Shown: piece after piece, positions 36,618 to 50,174 of the stretch
Layout of the letters: each line of letters opens with the position of its first letter
Position numbering within the stretch: position 1 is the stretch's first letter
Origin: Balanoglossus misakiensis
Lineage: Eukaryota > Animalia > Hemichordata
Length of the DNA stretch: 64,000 nucleotides
NCBI GenBank assembly: GCA_040954595.2
Contig: CM082579.2
Span: 4,763,227-4,827,226 of the forward strand
Reading direction: 5' to 3'
Program-made: the position numbers and the translations under genes
The notes under the pieces: model-generated
What the model was told of the DNA's origin: nothing
What the model saw: only the letters and a program-made list of their open reading frames with translations
Databases searched by the model: none

Positions 36618-39600
36618 ATGTCACCGCTGTGGCCGCCAGGGACGCGCCGTACTATCAGTCTAGCGATATTGTTTATATTTTTATTCAGGTAGGAGTTGAC
36701 TCACTTTTTTCCAGTACAATACGCGGTCGTCTTCGCGGTAACGTTGGAAACGGTATTATGGGAACGAACACCATTCATTCTGTTTATTTTTTGCATAATT
36801 CGTCAACTGTTCAGTACACCGTGTTTGTACAGTGTCCATTGTTATATTTATTCCCTTCACAAAATCTCAGCCGAGGCTTTGTAACTTCTCTTTCAGACTC
36901 CAGCTAGCCAAATCGTCCAGGTCCCTCGGTGAAAGGGGCCTTTGTCGGTACGGGAACACGATCGGCTGCTGCTACGGGTGGAAGCGAAGCAAAACCGGCA
37001 GGTGTCAACGTAAGTTTGCTCGCATCATTCTCCCCGCTTTGTCATCTGATGAAAGTCTGCCCCGGGCGTCAATAGCAAATTAACCAGTATAGTTTTAACG
37101 TTTCATTTAACAGCAAGGCCTCCCCGATCCAGTTGCATCAAGATTAGTCAAATCATTCCGTCGGTGGTTTAAATTGGGACACCCCACGCCCCATGTCCCG
37201 CAAAAATGAATTCGTATAATATCGTTGACATATTGTCAAGACTGAATTGCCAAAAAAAGAATATCCGGAGCATGGGGGTTTGTATACCTAATTTATTTTT
37301 CAGGGTTCTTCTTGTTATGTTGTTTTTCTCCTGCTCCACTACGTTCTTCACAATCGTCTAAGTTTGACAGTGATACTGGCCATGCATGTACGCGAGCGGA
37401 TGAGCGTCGAGGTCGAACGAGCCTGCAACCAGACTGGTTACGCGTGAACCGTTAGTTGATTTGTCGAGGGACCGTGGCTGATCTCCACCGTATCACCGCT
37501 TCAAGTACGTGTACAAGTATGTCCAGCCGGCACACGCGCGCTCGTAATATTAAATGTCCTCGCGCAAGCAACTATCAACACGTCGAACTGTAAATTAAAA
37601 GTAATTTCTCTGGCAACTTCAATTCAAAGTTACAATGGGTGACATTTGACCCCAACTATAGGAGGCCGGAAAGCTCTTCCCAGACGGTCCGTGGTACCGC
37701 TATCTTTCATGAATCAGAACTTCTGCGTGATTGGAATAGATAATTGATATGTCTACATTTAGCCATTTCTCACTGTATTTAGAAACATTCATTTAAAAAC
37801 CAGTTGCTCCCTATGACTGATGTCCCCACACTGAGATTATAATTTGCAGTGACCTTCGCATTATATCTACCAACTTGAACTTAAAGACGTCGGCTTAAAA
37901 CCTCGCTGAGTGGAGAATATGGGATTCAGACCACGTACAAATTCCCACAGCAACGATGCAATATTTCTGGATGGAGACCTACAGCATCACCGTTGGGCTA
38001 ATCGGATTTCAAGTTCGTCGGATATTAATCTTGGTGGGATGGTCTAAGGGTAAAGTCCGGGGAAGGTCATCCGATGTGGTAGGGATTTGAAGACTCAGAT
38101 GCCTCTCCGACAAAAATGACGCTGTATCGAAAGTCTTGGTGACAGCTGGCCTTGGAAATGCCCAATCTTTTCGACCTCTCGGATATCACGGACTTCGGCA
38201 GAGCCTGAAAGCCAAAAGGCCACTGCACTGCCCTTCCGGAGTTATTATTGTAGAAGCCGTGAAACAAGTGGTTCTTTGTGTCTGGCCAAAACACTTCGCA
38301 AAAATCCTCGGTATTGTATACAAATACGATCTCCTATGTTATATTGTGTGCCCGCCTATTACCATAATGGCAATGGTTACATTTCGCCGCTAATTCAGCA
38401 TTCAGACCAAGAGGTGGCCATGATTAAAGATCCTCATCAGACATTGGGACTACTGGGAAGCAAAACAGAGAACCCAGTAGCCTAAATATATACTAGTGCG
38501 TTATCACGAGTACCGCCATTTGAAAATTGTATGTCCGGCAAGGCATTCAATTATTCTACTTTCCTGTGTGTGCATCAACTCCCAAGACGCGAGCATGTAC
38601 GGTTTTTATGTCCATCCATAGAAAAGATTTCAATTAATCAATTGCAACTTCCACGTCAGTATTATTCCCAGCTTAACGCTGAGCCCCCTTCTGAATGAGT
38701 TCGGCCCGTGCTAGCAATGCAGTTAATAGCCATGTGTGGGGCGAAATCCATCCCGGTATCAAACTCAATGTGGCAGGAAATAAATCTTTCACAATGGTCC
38801 GCATTTAAGGACTGCGACCGGTATATTGAAGTGCAATTAACAGTCTCGAAGAAAGCGCATTTCAGTTAGTATTTATTTCCCCCTGTTATAAAGTCCGCCG
38901 TTCCGTACAATAGACTCGGGCGCTTTTCACGAGGCGTTTATCAGTTCATTGACTCGGGCACGGTGCACAATGCCAGGCCCGATTAGTCCATTTACTAGTT
39001 CATCGGCGGTTACGAGTAATGAAGACATTTAAATTATAGCCCGGTGCCGAAGAAAACATCTCGGTCGCGGATTATTCGCTTTGGGGGAGATAAACATGCC
39101 CCGGGCGCCGTGTTCAATGCGGCTTAGCTTTAATTAGTGGAACTGGTCAAAGCAAATCATGATGGGGGGAAAACATCGTCAACAACTTGCAATCAAGAGC
39201 ATCCCTCTTCTGGACGTATGGTAGTTGAACTGGAAAGATCAGTCATGTGTCTAAGTACAGGTAGTTGCACAAATTTGCTCAATTGGACGTCTGCAAAGTC
39301 CCCATTTGCAATTAGATGGCAGTAAGACATCCATCTACGTGAAGGTGAATGGAGGAGGAAGAGGGTGGTGGTGGAGGGGGGGGGCGTCCACGGCCTTCTG
39401 TATGCCATCTTTCAACGTTTGTCCAGCTCCGTAGTTTTATTGTCCCGGCCAAAATGACTTGCCAATTCTTTTTTTTTTCGTCATGATGAGTCCCGTCTTT
39501 CCGATAAAGTTGCATTGTGAAGAAATGTCTGTCAATTATCCAGCACCTCTATTGTCAACAAATGACAATAGCATTAAATTACTCCAAAACAAGAGGAGTT

Positions 39601-42600
39601 ATACACCAAAGATCCCTTTATTTCAATTGACACGGTGTGTTAGAAACAAATCGATACAGCGATAATTTATCACACATCCCCGACCGCTCTAAAATGTGAC
39701 AGGTAATGCTAACCGTCAATCCGAATTAGTCTCGACAACACTGCATTCGCAGTGATAATGTCCCGCGACCCTCCCACTCATGATATAGGCCTATAGAACG
39801 ACTGGTTTGAATACGCCAGTGCCCAGATTAGGCCTATACGTACAGAGAGAATTCCTGGCAGTGAACTAAAAACAACTTCACTTTAAATGCCGAAATGCAC
39901 AGCGCCCTATTTGTGCGATTTCTATGCCAACGCACGTCACTGAGAATCTCACCGAAGTTCATGGATTACAGGGACGGAATGCCAAGGTCCTCACTGGAGC
40001 ATGACAAATAAGTTGTGCGGTCAAGTCACAGACCCTCGCCCAGACCTTCGAAGTCTTTGGGTGTGTCCTAGTAAACATGGTTAGCGTAATTCCCCCGTGC
40101 ATAGAGTATGCCGTGCCTCTTTTTGGATAACTTTGGGATATTTCGAATTTCGCAGATTTCACCACGTGTGACGCGGCTTGGTATTGATAACAACTGTCGC
40201 GCGGTACACACTTGTGAATGTCAGTGGCTAAAAATCCCAACTCAAATCGTCTTGAGTCATTCGCCAGCGTCTTGCAGTCTCTGTTCCGCGTCTGTCCTCG
40301 CCGTCTGGATGACCTTGGTTGGCCCTGGTGACATGCCCTGACCATCGCCCCCGTCTCTACAAATCGGGACGTTGTTTCGTGTTGTGTGCGGAAAAAAACA
40401 GGTGGAACCTGAAGCAAATTATCTAGTCGACGAGAAATAAAACTAGTTATTGTCGTTGTACACGAGCCCAGTTCGAGAATTTAAACTATTTATAGGTAGA
40501 ATGGCGCTCGTAAAGTGAACGATCTCATAGTTTCAAGCCACAACTTGCGTAAAGTCCTTGGCAGAATATTCACCGTTTTAACACGCGTCTGGCTTTTTAA
40601 ACAGAGAGAGAGAGAGCGATTCACAGCACATGCGATCTTCTTTGCATCTATTGTCGTTTATCGTGGGGCCTACATCGGCTACCTTAGGAAAAGATATTCT
40701 GTGTATTCAGCGAGAATTTGTGACCGTGAAACCGGAAATAATGAATACGGGCGATGAAAACGCCGCAATGTGTGCATCGCTCCCGAAAGAATCGCTAATC
40801 CTCTTTCCAAGGGAAAGTGTCCTCAAAACAAATCAATTGATTTTTTTTCTGCGGCCACGCCGTTATACCCTTGTGTACATTGTATCCCCTCCCATTCGAG
40901 CCCTGCCCTCAGCAGGACCTTGCAACTACTCAGAGAATGGTCAACGAATCCTTTAGTACCGTTTTTAATCCCAGGCGAACCTCAGTATTCGGCACAAAGG
41001 GTATTCACGAACATGGTTGCTGGCTGGTGAGCGCGCGTTTGTAAGTCACGGTGGCATGGCAACGTGTCAAGAACGAGGTTCAGATGAATTGGAAAGTTAG
41101 GACCTTTTCAGGGTTGGCTAAATCCCCTTTTTTTCTTGTACTAGTGGTAGTATTAAACTCTGTTCAATGAGGGTATTCTTTTGTTGACAAGACTTCTTAC
41201 AACAACACCGGTGCCTTTTCACGGGGAATGCCGCACGCACGTATGTAGGCTAGGATTGTATTCATCCGCGCCGCTTGCGGGATGCGTTCTTCAAACATGA
41301 CCCGCATCTTGAAAAGAGGTGAAAGTAGCCAACCAGGTCAGCCTCTGCCGATCGTTTACCTCAAACGTGTATAAAATGCTCGATAAGGAAGAGACCACCC
41401 AAAAACCGACAGGAACTCTGCATTACCCCCACACTGCGCGGCCTGAACTGTATCAGGAACCACGCAAGCATCACTGATATATTCCAGAGGTGAATCGCAC
41501 TTTTTGTTCACAGTGTGTCCTGACAGGGTCTCGACCCGTCTGAAACCTCAGGCGCTGTTACAGTTGACTCCCGCTGAGGGCACTACCACAAGACAGCGCG
41601 GTCGTGTGTTTAAAGAATACAGCCAATTGAATAAGGCGAGTGTGACCAGCCAAAGAATATTTTGTAATTTCGCATGTAGTCAACTTTGGCTGCCAACGGA
41701 CGCCTGCTTTGGCTCCGACAGTACAACGATACATGCATCTGCGATCATCTGGAACGATCCGAAACGAACCGTCATTTTGCAACCAACGCGAACCCCGTCT
41801 AATCTGAGCCGCGTTGGTTCCGCTCTGTCTGCGCGAAAGTCGTATCCTTTTGCACAGTTTGAATCGTTCAACAGCCATACTCTCAAAACTACGACGAATT
41901 CGTGTTATTTCCGGCCTTAGTGGCACGTTTGGTAGCAGGGCAAGCCTTCGTATCGCATACTGATGTCCAGACCATAAAATTGAAAGAGGCACTAGACTCA
42001 CAGTTTTCAAACACATTATATTAAAAAAGTCTTATAGGGCAAGCTTGTAAATAACATTTCATTCTCGTGAACACTAACATTACATTCTCCGAACACTGAA
42101 CCGCCAGTTAACTTCCAAGGTGATGCGTAGTAATATTTGTTGAGTCTTCTGTCGTGGACCGTGACAAGACCAGTGACGTCAAACACCCAGGTTGGTACTG
42201 TCAAAGTAAAGAAAGAAACGCGAGCTGATCATCAATTGTGAATGAAGATAGTGAGAGGGCGAAGGTCAACTGAATGATATAGAGCATGAACCTTTGAAGA
42301 ACCAGCCTTATACAAAGGTGGATGAGATCTAATCCCAAGCATTCAGCATGTAATATTTAGAAGGATTTGTCTTTCAACAAGACAATTGCAAAATGACTGA
42401 AATATGTTTTTCCCCCGACAAATCCACTGAAACACAACAACCAGTATATGCAAGCATCATTTCCGCCGACCCAAACCTACTTATCATGTTACTAGATATT
42501 CGTATCCAACCGATCTGGATATTGTTAACATTTTCTTCCCACGGTTAAGTAGTGTAGTCAAATTCTATCTTGCATTTTTACACAAATAAAAGGAGCTGTT

Positions 42601-42959
42601 ACCGCAGTACATCGAAACAACAAACTTTCAAATGATTTCCCCAAAACGACGCGGATTAGACCATTTAGGATTTACTGGTGTAAATCAAGGGCCCTTATTG
42701 TTAGATAAGGTAGACACCATCCTGTCGCTTTAACTCAGTGTGATGTTATGATGGCCTTGTTTGCCATCCTTCAGATTTCAATTAATAGAGGGGTTTGATC
42801 CTTCAATCGTTTAATAACACAGTGGAGCTCCAAACGGGATTATCTGCCGCCCGCCCACAAAAATCAACGCCGGCATCCGTACATAGTGCTTGACAACTTG
42901 ATAAGTATATTTTGCGTATACATCGTTGTTGTATGTACATGTATTGTGTTATTTTAATG

Positions 42960-43020
<61 letters not shown>

Positions 43021-46000
43021 TACTCTCTCTGCAAACAGCGACATGTAGTAAACCATGTGAGCACGGGACATGCACGGGGGCAAACCAGTGTACGTGTGAT
43101 AAAGGCTATGCCGGTGTAACATGCAGTAAAGGTAAGTAAATCGAAAATGATGAATGCATCACGTGCGATGTACAAGTGGTGACATAGAAGTGAACGATGA
43201 ATGGGCCTCGACACGAAGTTTGGGCGTTATTAACGCACTTTTAGTCACTTAGTGATTTTGTTCCCTGCATCTTGAACTGAAATTTCTCAGCGTTCTGTTT
43301 TTTAATGTAGCTGCCATAAGTGTAACGACCATCGTTATTGTCGACGAACGAATTCTAGTCCGGACTTGAAGTCTTTTTCACAAAACCGATGCTGACTTTC
43401 CATTCCGCGTTGCAATATCGCAGATGCCTCCTAAATTTACCATAAATCAAACTGAACTCGACATAGATGGCCGTGTGGTGGAGCTGAAAACAATAACGCC
43501 TGTAGTGTTGAAGAGTATAAACATTATGCTCTCCGGGTCTGAGTGCTTTCCTATGCTTGTGTATCGATGACTGCGATTTGCCACAAAAGCCAGACCTGTC
43601 GTGACCCGTGGAAGCGTTTCATGGTGTATATACAAAGAACACGTATACGACACGGTTAAAAGTGTTCGTTATACGTAACGGCTGTTGATGTTGTGTGAAG
43701 TAGAGAAATTCGCATTATTTCCATTTCTCTTAAATTCACCGTGACCATGACGTGTATACTTGCCTGGAAGCTCCCCTCCGATCTGTTAATTAGCAGTTGG
43801 ATCCCGGCGTGCATTTTTTTCGCACAGAATTCCAAACTTGCTCAAGAATTTCACAGTTGTCTACAGCGAACCAATTTCATTGTCATGGCACCCGGCGAGA
43901 GACATCCTTCAGCTATTTAACGGTTACGTTCCCGGGCGTGCGTTAATGGCTGGAGCCATGCAAGCAATTGACGCCTGCCCTACATACTTGCAGTGAACTT
44001 CTTAACTTTCTTGAGCTCTGGCATACTTCATTCTGAGGTGAATATATGTACGGCTTTGAGGCACATACCTCCAAGACTCTCCGCTGTTTCGGAATGTTGT
44101 CACTATGTTACATATTATATTTGTACCAGTTATGTATATGCAAAACCCATCCTTCTTCTCATAACTCTGTTCTGTCTTTTAGATTACAACGAGTGTGGCG
44201 ATAACGTCTGTCAGCACCGATGTATGAACACGGAAGGCAGCTATCGTTGTTACTGTCGACGCGGGTACACGTTACAGCCAGACGGCCATGCATGCCAATG
44301 TGAGTCATGGGACATATCAGCAGCAGACAGAATCAGATATGGGTTTGCTACAGTTTGATTAGTCTGCAAGTCATTCCTGTATCTCTCACTGCAACCGAAC
44401 GAACACAAGTAGATTATGAGCTGTAGTTCGATCTCTAAAGAATTCGTTTGACCACACTTAGTTGAACCGTGACGTCACATTGATCTTACCTCCAATTTAC
44501 GTGTTGACGCCTTTTTAACGAAACTGTTACACGCCCACATGTAACTGTGACGGACACGCAATCCTAAATTTTAATCTAAAGTTGCTGCCACAAGAGACAA
44601 ATTATTTACATTCCCCATCTCCAATATTTATGTAAGTCGCCATGTACTGTTTCTTGTGCAGACGATAACAGCTGCGAGGCTCGTCGCTGCCAGTATGGGT
44701 GCATACAAGAAAGCTGGAAATTGCGATGCAATTGTCCCGATGGACTGGAGTTACACTCTAACGGGAGGACATGCGTGGGTGAGATGAATTTTGCTTGACA
44801 CTTGCCTGGTTGAAGTTATGTAGTGACACTATCACTGTTCACTGTTGATATACAAATGTATACTAGTTTATCATCGGCAAGAGACAGAACTTTGCAGTCA
44901 TCATAGATGGCGCATTACACAGTAATGATTCCCCTCAAGACGATACCATTAAAGGAAGGGTAGAGTCCCCTGAAAATGTTGTCAAGTCTTTACCAACACG
45001 TACTGTACATTCTTGCGATTCAACTAGTCTCTTTCTTTGTTTATCGGTAAAAGGCATTTCGCCAACAAATATACCAAAAATTACAGCACAGTGATGACGT
45101 CGCAAGTGAAATCGTCAGAACGTCACGAAGTCGTTTGATTTGACATTGCGTTCTGTTCATTTTTCCTCCACCAGACATTGACGAATGCAGCGCACTTCGC
45201 AACCCGTGTCCCCGAAGACGGCGGTGTATGAATTCTTTCGGCAGTTTCATGTGTCTCTGTGATCACGGTTTCTCGTATCAGTACATCGACGGCAGGCTCA
45301 GATGCAGAGGTCAGTTCCGACGATGAGTTAATATTTCTAATCTCCGATAACACGCTATCTTGGACCAGGAGTGCATGTAGGAGGCTAAATTGAACATGAC
45401 TAAAGTTGATATTGGTTTTTATCTCTGTCTTCACAAATCAGACGTGGACGAATGTCAGGACGGGACGAATGATTGCCACGCGAGCGCCACCTGCTACAAC
45501 ACCATGGGTTCCTTCTCCTGTTTCTGTAACGGCGAGTTCTTCGGCGACGGCAAAACTTGCTACTCCCTCGGTAAGTTGTCTGGTGTTGTCAGTTCCATGG
45601 TCCATTGGCTGCTGCGATCACCACAGACACCTACAATCGAACACGCAGCTTGACATTGAGCGAGGCTACATCATACCTCCTCATCGGTTTAAAGGGGAAC
45701 TTGTACCCAAAATATATAACGTGAAAATCAGGGTCTTGGTCTGACTGATAACCATCGCCTCTTTTCTTCTCTCGCCCTCCAGATCCGCGACGTTGTGAGG
45801 ACAAACCCTGTTCACCGCTCACAACCTGCCGAGATGTCAGAGGCAATGAGGTGGAGAACGCTGCCGATGGTGGTTCTGTGAAACTTTTCCAGTGCGGGCC
45901 TTGTCCGGCTGGCTACTCAGGAGATGGCGAAACGTGTGACAGTAAGAATACCATAACCCTTGTCAATGGGTGTTTTTTTTTCTCTCTACATACATTTATG

Positions 46001-48398
46001 CATACATGGTGCTTCCCTGTTTCAAATTCTCTCTATATTTGTTTTAATAACTACCACTACCAAGTATTTATCCACGTGTATTTTCCCCGTTAAAACAGAA
46101 GCGACAGAAGATGTCGTGGTTGTGGTTGTTGACAAGTCACAGCCAGATGTCCCCGTAGAGGGCGCCAACATTCAAGTCTATAACCTGGCCGACGTGTTCT
46201 CGGTGGGCATCACCTCCCCCGACGGCTTCGCAACGGTGTCGATCCCAGCTGGCACCATGGTCATCGTGAGTGCCAGCAAACCTGGCTACATGGACACAAC
46301 CATGACATACCAAGTTGTCGTCGGTCATAGTAAGTTCAGTTGCTTTTAATTAGACGGACCATGGTGAAAATCCTTTCGATATTTGAAACGTCTTAGTACT
46401 CCCAACTCGCCGACTTCATCCATGATCTCGTACTCTAGATCCAGGGGAAGGTACAGACGCTGTCTTTCGAGCGTCATTGCTCGGAATTGCATAGGATGCG
46501 TCACATCTATTGCGGTATACGTACTCATTTGCTGTTTGTATAAATTTAACTTCTAGAAAACGTAATTACCCTCTACATGGAATTTCCAAGCCGACTCGGC
46601 CTGCAGACAGAATTCATTTATGACAACAGAGTTTCACGCGCTCTGGAATTCACGGTCGACGACCAGATTTACGAATTCATACTCCCAGAAGGTAAGTCCT
46701 GACCATGAGTATCTTCACTTTAAAAGATTTGGTGATGCTACATATTTTGTAATCCGCCAACTTCATGATAATGCCCTATCACGTTCACATCTAACCAGTA
46801 TAGCTTCGTGCTTACAGGCAGTTTGAATGTCGGCCAAGGACAGCCCGTCAAGGCGTCCTTCGTCACAGCGAATTTGCAGAATAACGAGATGGACGGAGCT
46901 CCCGAACTGGTGGCGCTGGCGCGGGAATCCAGCAACGATGCCTTTATTCGAGGTTGGTTGACGCTTCGATCAGAATACATAGGTAGCTTCAGCGCAGTGC
47001 TTCGTGGTTGAAACACAAGCTTCAAATATGATTTGCGGAATTGGTTAACAAACTTTTTATTTGCAGTCTCGTAAGATGCATGTCACGTGATGATGTTTCA
47101 TTTTGGCTTTCTCCAGGACTGCAAAATTTCAATTTGGAAGCCTATGCGTTATTTGCCCTGCGACTGGAAAACGTGTTAACGCGAGACGAGATTTCGCTGC
47201 TGCTTCCGATGACAGTGAGGGTCCCACTGAGTAAATCGGATTCGTTGGACGGCGAGACTTCAGTGCCCGCGTGGTTCTACAACAGAGACGAGGGTGAGTG
47301 TGAGACTTTCAAGTCCGGACTAGAATTCATTTGTCAACAATAACAATGGTCGTTACACACATGCAGGCTATGCTGAAAATACTGGAAATAAAGCCAAAAG
47401 TTACAGTTAATGTCCCTTTAATTCAGGCGTATACATCCAAGATGGCGAGGGTCGACTAACCTCCCAAGATGATGGCAATGGTGGCAAAACATGGTCCTAC
47501 TCTACTCGGCGTTCGTCGTGGTTAGCCGCAGCCAAACCCTGGTCCCAGACACACTGCGTGGAAGTTAAAGTTTGTCGTGACGAAGACTGCCAACGAGTCG
47601 AGCCAAATGCTGCTGTCTGGTGAGAACACTTACTACATGTACATGTACGATCTTGATATGTAAACACGTTCAGTCTCTGATTTCGTGAACGATTTACAGT
47701 AGGCCTGTAAATGCTTCTTGGTCTCTGTTATACTTTTAACAATCAATTCATAGATCTTTTTGGCTTCGGAATGTCTCCTTTTTCAACAGGCTCAACGGCC
47801 TCGACTTTCACTATTCCACATTCCGTCGAACCAACGCTGAGGGCAGTGCCTGTTTCCACTTCAAACAAAACGGGCGCGTGAGGGTGCACTCTTGCTTCGG
47901 CGGCGACCAAATCACCGTCACCGGAACAGGAAACCCGTCTGCTTGTGACGCCGGAAGCCAGTGGCAGAACACGGTGGTCGGTGGAGGTGCTGCTTGCCAA
48001 GAGGTGACGATTCTCTACCAAGGTAAATAAACGAATGCAGGTTACAGTGTCCAAACGTTCCACTCAATCGAACGAACAAGTACACAGTACATGTGTATAG
48101 CAAACATATTAGTAAACCACGAGCTCAGGAATTGATGACAAATCTTTAATGTGTCATTGCAGAATCCGAGGTTGTGAATTGTGGTGAGCCAGGAATACCA
48201 GACGAGGGGGTCAAACTGGGCAACGTGTACTCCTTTGGCGCCAATGTAACCTTCACGTGCAAAACTGGCTACGAGATTCTCGGGAACTCCCAGCGCATAT
48301 GCCACTCGTGCGGCCAATGGAGCGGCAGTCAACCCGTGTGCTATCCAAGTGACTCTGACAAAGGCAGTGGAGATGGCCTTTCACTTAACTTTTTCTGA
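36618..48398 (+). CDS. Secreted EGF-repeat protein with a nephronectin/EGFL6-like N-terminus, a FAM171/CILP-like region and a C-terminal sushi (CCP) domain, about 15 exons
   Basis: Signal exon [23 protein letters not shown] (36618-36688). [24 protein letters not shown] (36897-~37009) is the NPNT/EGFL6 signature. EGF exons at ~43039 ([26 protein letters not shown]), ~44183 ([23 protein letters not shown]), ~44662, ~45175 ([12 protein letters not shown]) and ~45442 ([12 protein letters not shown]). Thrombospondin-like EGF at ~45783 ([17 protein letters not shown]). Beta-sandwich exons ~46099-48021 ([21 protein letters not shown]). Sushi domain [10 protein letters not shown]...[17 protein letters not shown]...WSGSQPVC; stop at 48398. 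Confidence 0.83.
42963..43016. repeat. (CT)n microsatellite acting as the polypyrimidine tract of EGF exon 3
   Basis: About 27 CT units just upstream of the acceptor aacag at ~43038. Confidence 0.9.
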
Positions 48399-49022
48399 TA
48401 TTCACACGGCCAAAACCTGTCTTTTAGGTGGTCGAGAAAACAATACTTCCCAAACGCAGGTGTTTTTATTAGCTAGCAAAAAGGAACTTTTAAAACTGCA
48501 GTTACACACACACAAAGATAGCACTGTTTGCGGTCAGAGGTTGAGTATATGTTGTTTTTCTTAATGTAAGTTTGTCTTTATTTAAGGTTAAATTAATGTA
48601 GTCGTATTGTAGCTGCACTACGAAGTGATAAAGTATATATTTTTTCCGTGGTCAAAGGCATACCCATAGTTTTACTCCATCAATCTGAAATATTATATAA
48701 TACGCTGAAATTAATAAATGTCAAGAAGTTCACATATCGGTAAACTATGTTCTCTCAACCTTGCCATCACGATAGTCTTACTTTTACTCTTTATAAGTTT
48801 AATAAAAGTTTAATAAAAGTTTTTCTTGTACTGAGGCAGTTGTAGAGATTTCATTTTTGCCTCTGCCATCGCTGTTACTATAGCGTCACAGCTTGTACAG
48901 AGTACCATGCTTACTGAAATGGATGATGAGCACACTCAGAAATGTGATTTTAAGGAACAGCTTGTGGTAACATCCCAAATAAAAACTTTCTATTTTATTA
49001 CCATCAGATATATTAAATTGTA

Positions 49023-50174
49023 TTACGTTTCAATTAAATCTGCTTCCCCATAGTAAATAAATCGACACATTTCTCCGAACGGCGTGTCTAGCGTTTTTAT
49101 ATCCCGTGCATTGAAATGAATCACTTTTCTCTCGTTCTCCGGCAAACCGAAGAACCACCGTACGAAGGTGTGAACGGCGAAGAAGTCGCCGCCGGTCCAG
49201 TTGAAGTTGCCGGAAAATATTTCCGCGAAAGACCCGCCGACGGCGAGGTGTCTCTTGTCCACGTGCACCGTGTGGGGGCACTGCACGGCCAGAGTGTTGG
49301 GAAACTGGATGGAGTCACAGTTCCAGCAGAATCGGTTGTAGATGCGATAGCTGTCCAGAAAGAGCTTGATGAAAAGCGAACGCCTTTTGGCCAGAATTAT
49401 GCCGTTGTTGAGCCTGGTTGAACTCTCCCGGCCTATGACGCAGTCGTAGTGACGCAACTCGTCCAAGGGGCGGACGACTATGACGTCATTGTCCATGTAC
49501 ACGCCTCCGTGTTGGAACAAGATTTCAAGTCTGCTGATGTCCGATCGATGACGTATGTCGGCCTTCTTCAGCGATCGATTGTACACTGTCATGGGCATTT
49601 CCCTGCGCACAACTTCTAAGATGGGAATGCTGCTTTTTGCTTCTTTCCAGTACTTCCCAGTCGGTTCAGAATCCGTGTGGAACAGGATTCGCTCAGCTTT
49701 CATGATTCTGTGGGCACTCAAAAGGCTGATCAGGTGATCGAAACGAAAGTGTGCGCTTCCAAACCAAACGTAGTGGGCGATGTTGGGTACGACGGGGGCT
49801 GGGTGGCGCTCTGCGGTCTTTCGCTCCACCCCCGCCGCCGGGTGCTTGCTTTTGCCGCTCGAGTTGCAGAGAGTGTAGCCATGGTCGCCCCAGTCCAGTA
49901 GCGTCTGTCTACCGCTGTAGATGTGGTTCTTCAGGACGCGCAGACAGTCCAAGGTTATATCACAGGAATCATTCCACAACTGCAGTTGCAGCTGTCGAGA
50001 ATCGCCGCTGTAGAGGTCGAGGTGGCCGAAGTCCACCCGATTTAAACGATCGGCAACACTCGTAAACCTGTGTTCCAAAATTCGGTTGCTTAGCGTCGAA
50101 AAATACACAATTTCTGCTAGTGTGAAAATAACAAGTAACGAAGTGACGATGCTACAACAGCGAGCCATACCCAT
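49023..50174 (-). CDS. Glycosyltransferase family 32 (DXD, Gly_transf_sug; A4GNT/A4GALT-like), type II membrane, intronless CDS
   Basis: 383-aa ORF with an N-terminal TM segment (IVTSLLVIFTLAEIVYF), VVPNIAHYVWFG, and RSDISRLEILFQHGGVYMDNDV (GT32 motif with DXD), followed by LNNGIILA. Confidence 0.9.
   Translation of the reverse strand: MGMARCCSIVTSLLVIFTLAEIVYFSTLSNRILEHRFTSVADRLNRVDFGHLDLYSGDSRQLQLQLWNDSCDITLDCLRVLKNHIYSGRQTLLDWGDHGYTLCNSSGKSKHPAAGVERKTAERHPAPVVPNIAHYVWFGSAHFRFDHLISLLSAHRIMKAERILFHTDSEPTGKYWKEAKSSIPILEVVRREMPMTVYNRSLKKADIRHRSDISRLEILFQHGGVYMDNDVIVVRPLDELRHYDCVIGRESSTRLNNGIILAKRRSLFIKLFLDSYRIYNRFCWNCDSIQFPNTLAVQCPHTVHVDKRHLAVGGSFAEIFSGNFNWTGGDFFAVHTFVRWFFGLPENERKVIHFNARDIKTLDTPFGEMCRFIYYGEADLIET

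Noticed and set aside
39959-42016. 130-150 aa ORFs inside the long intron
   Set aside because: No domain-like motifs, transposase or RT signatures, or splice-compatible structure.
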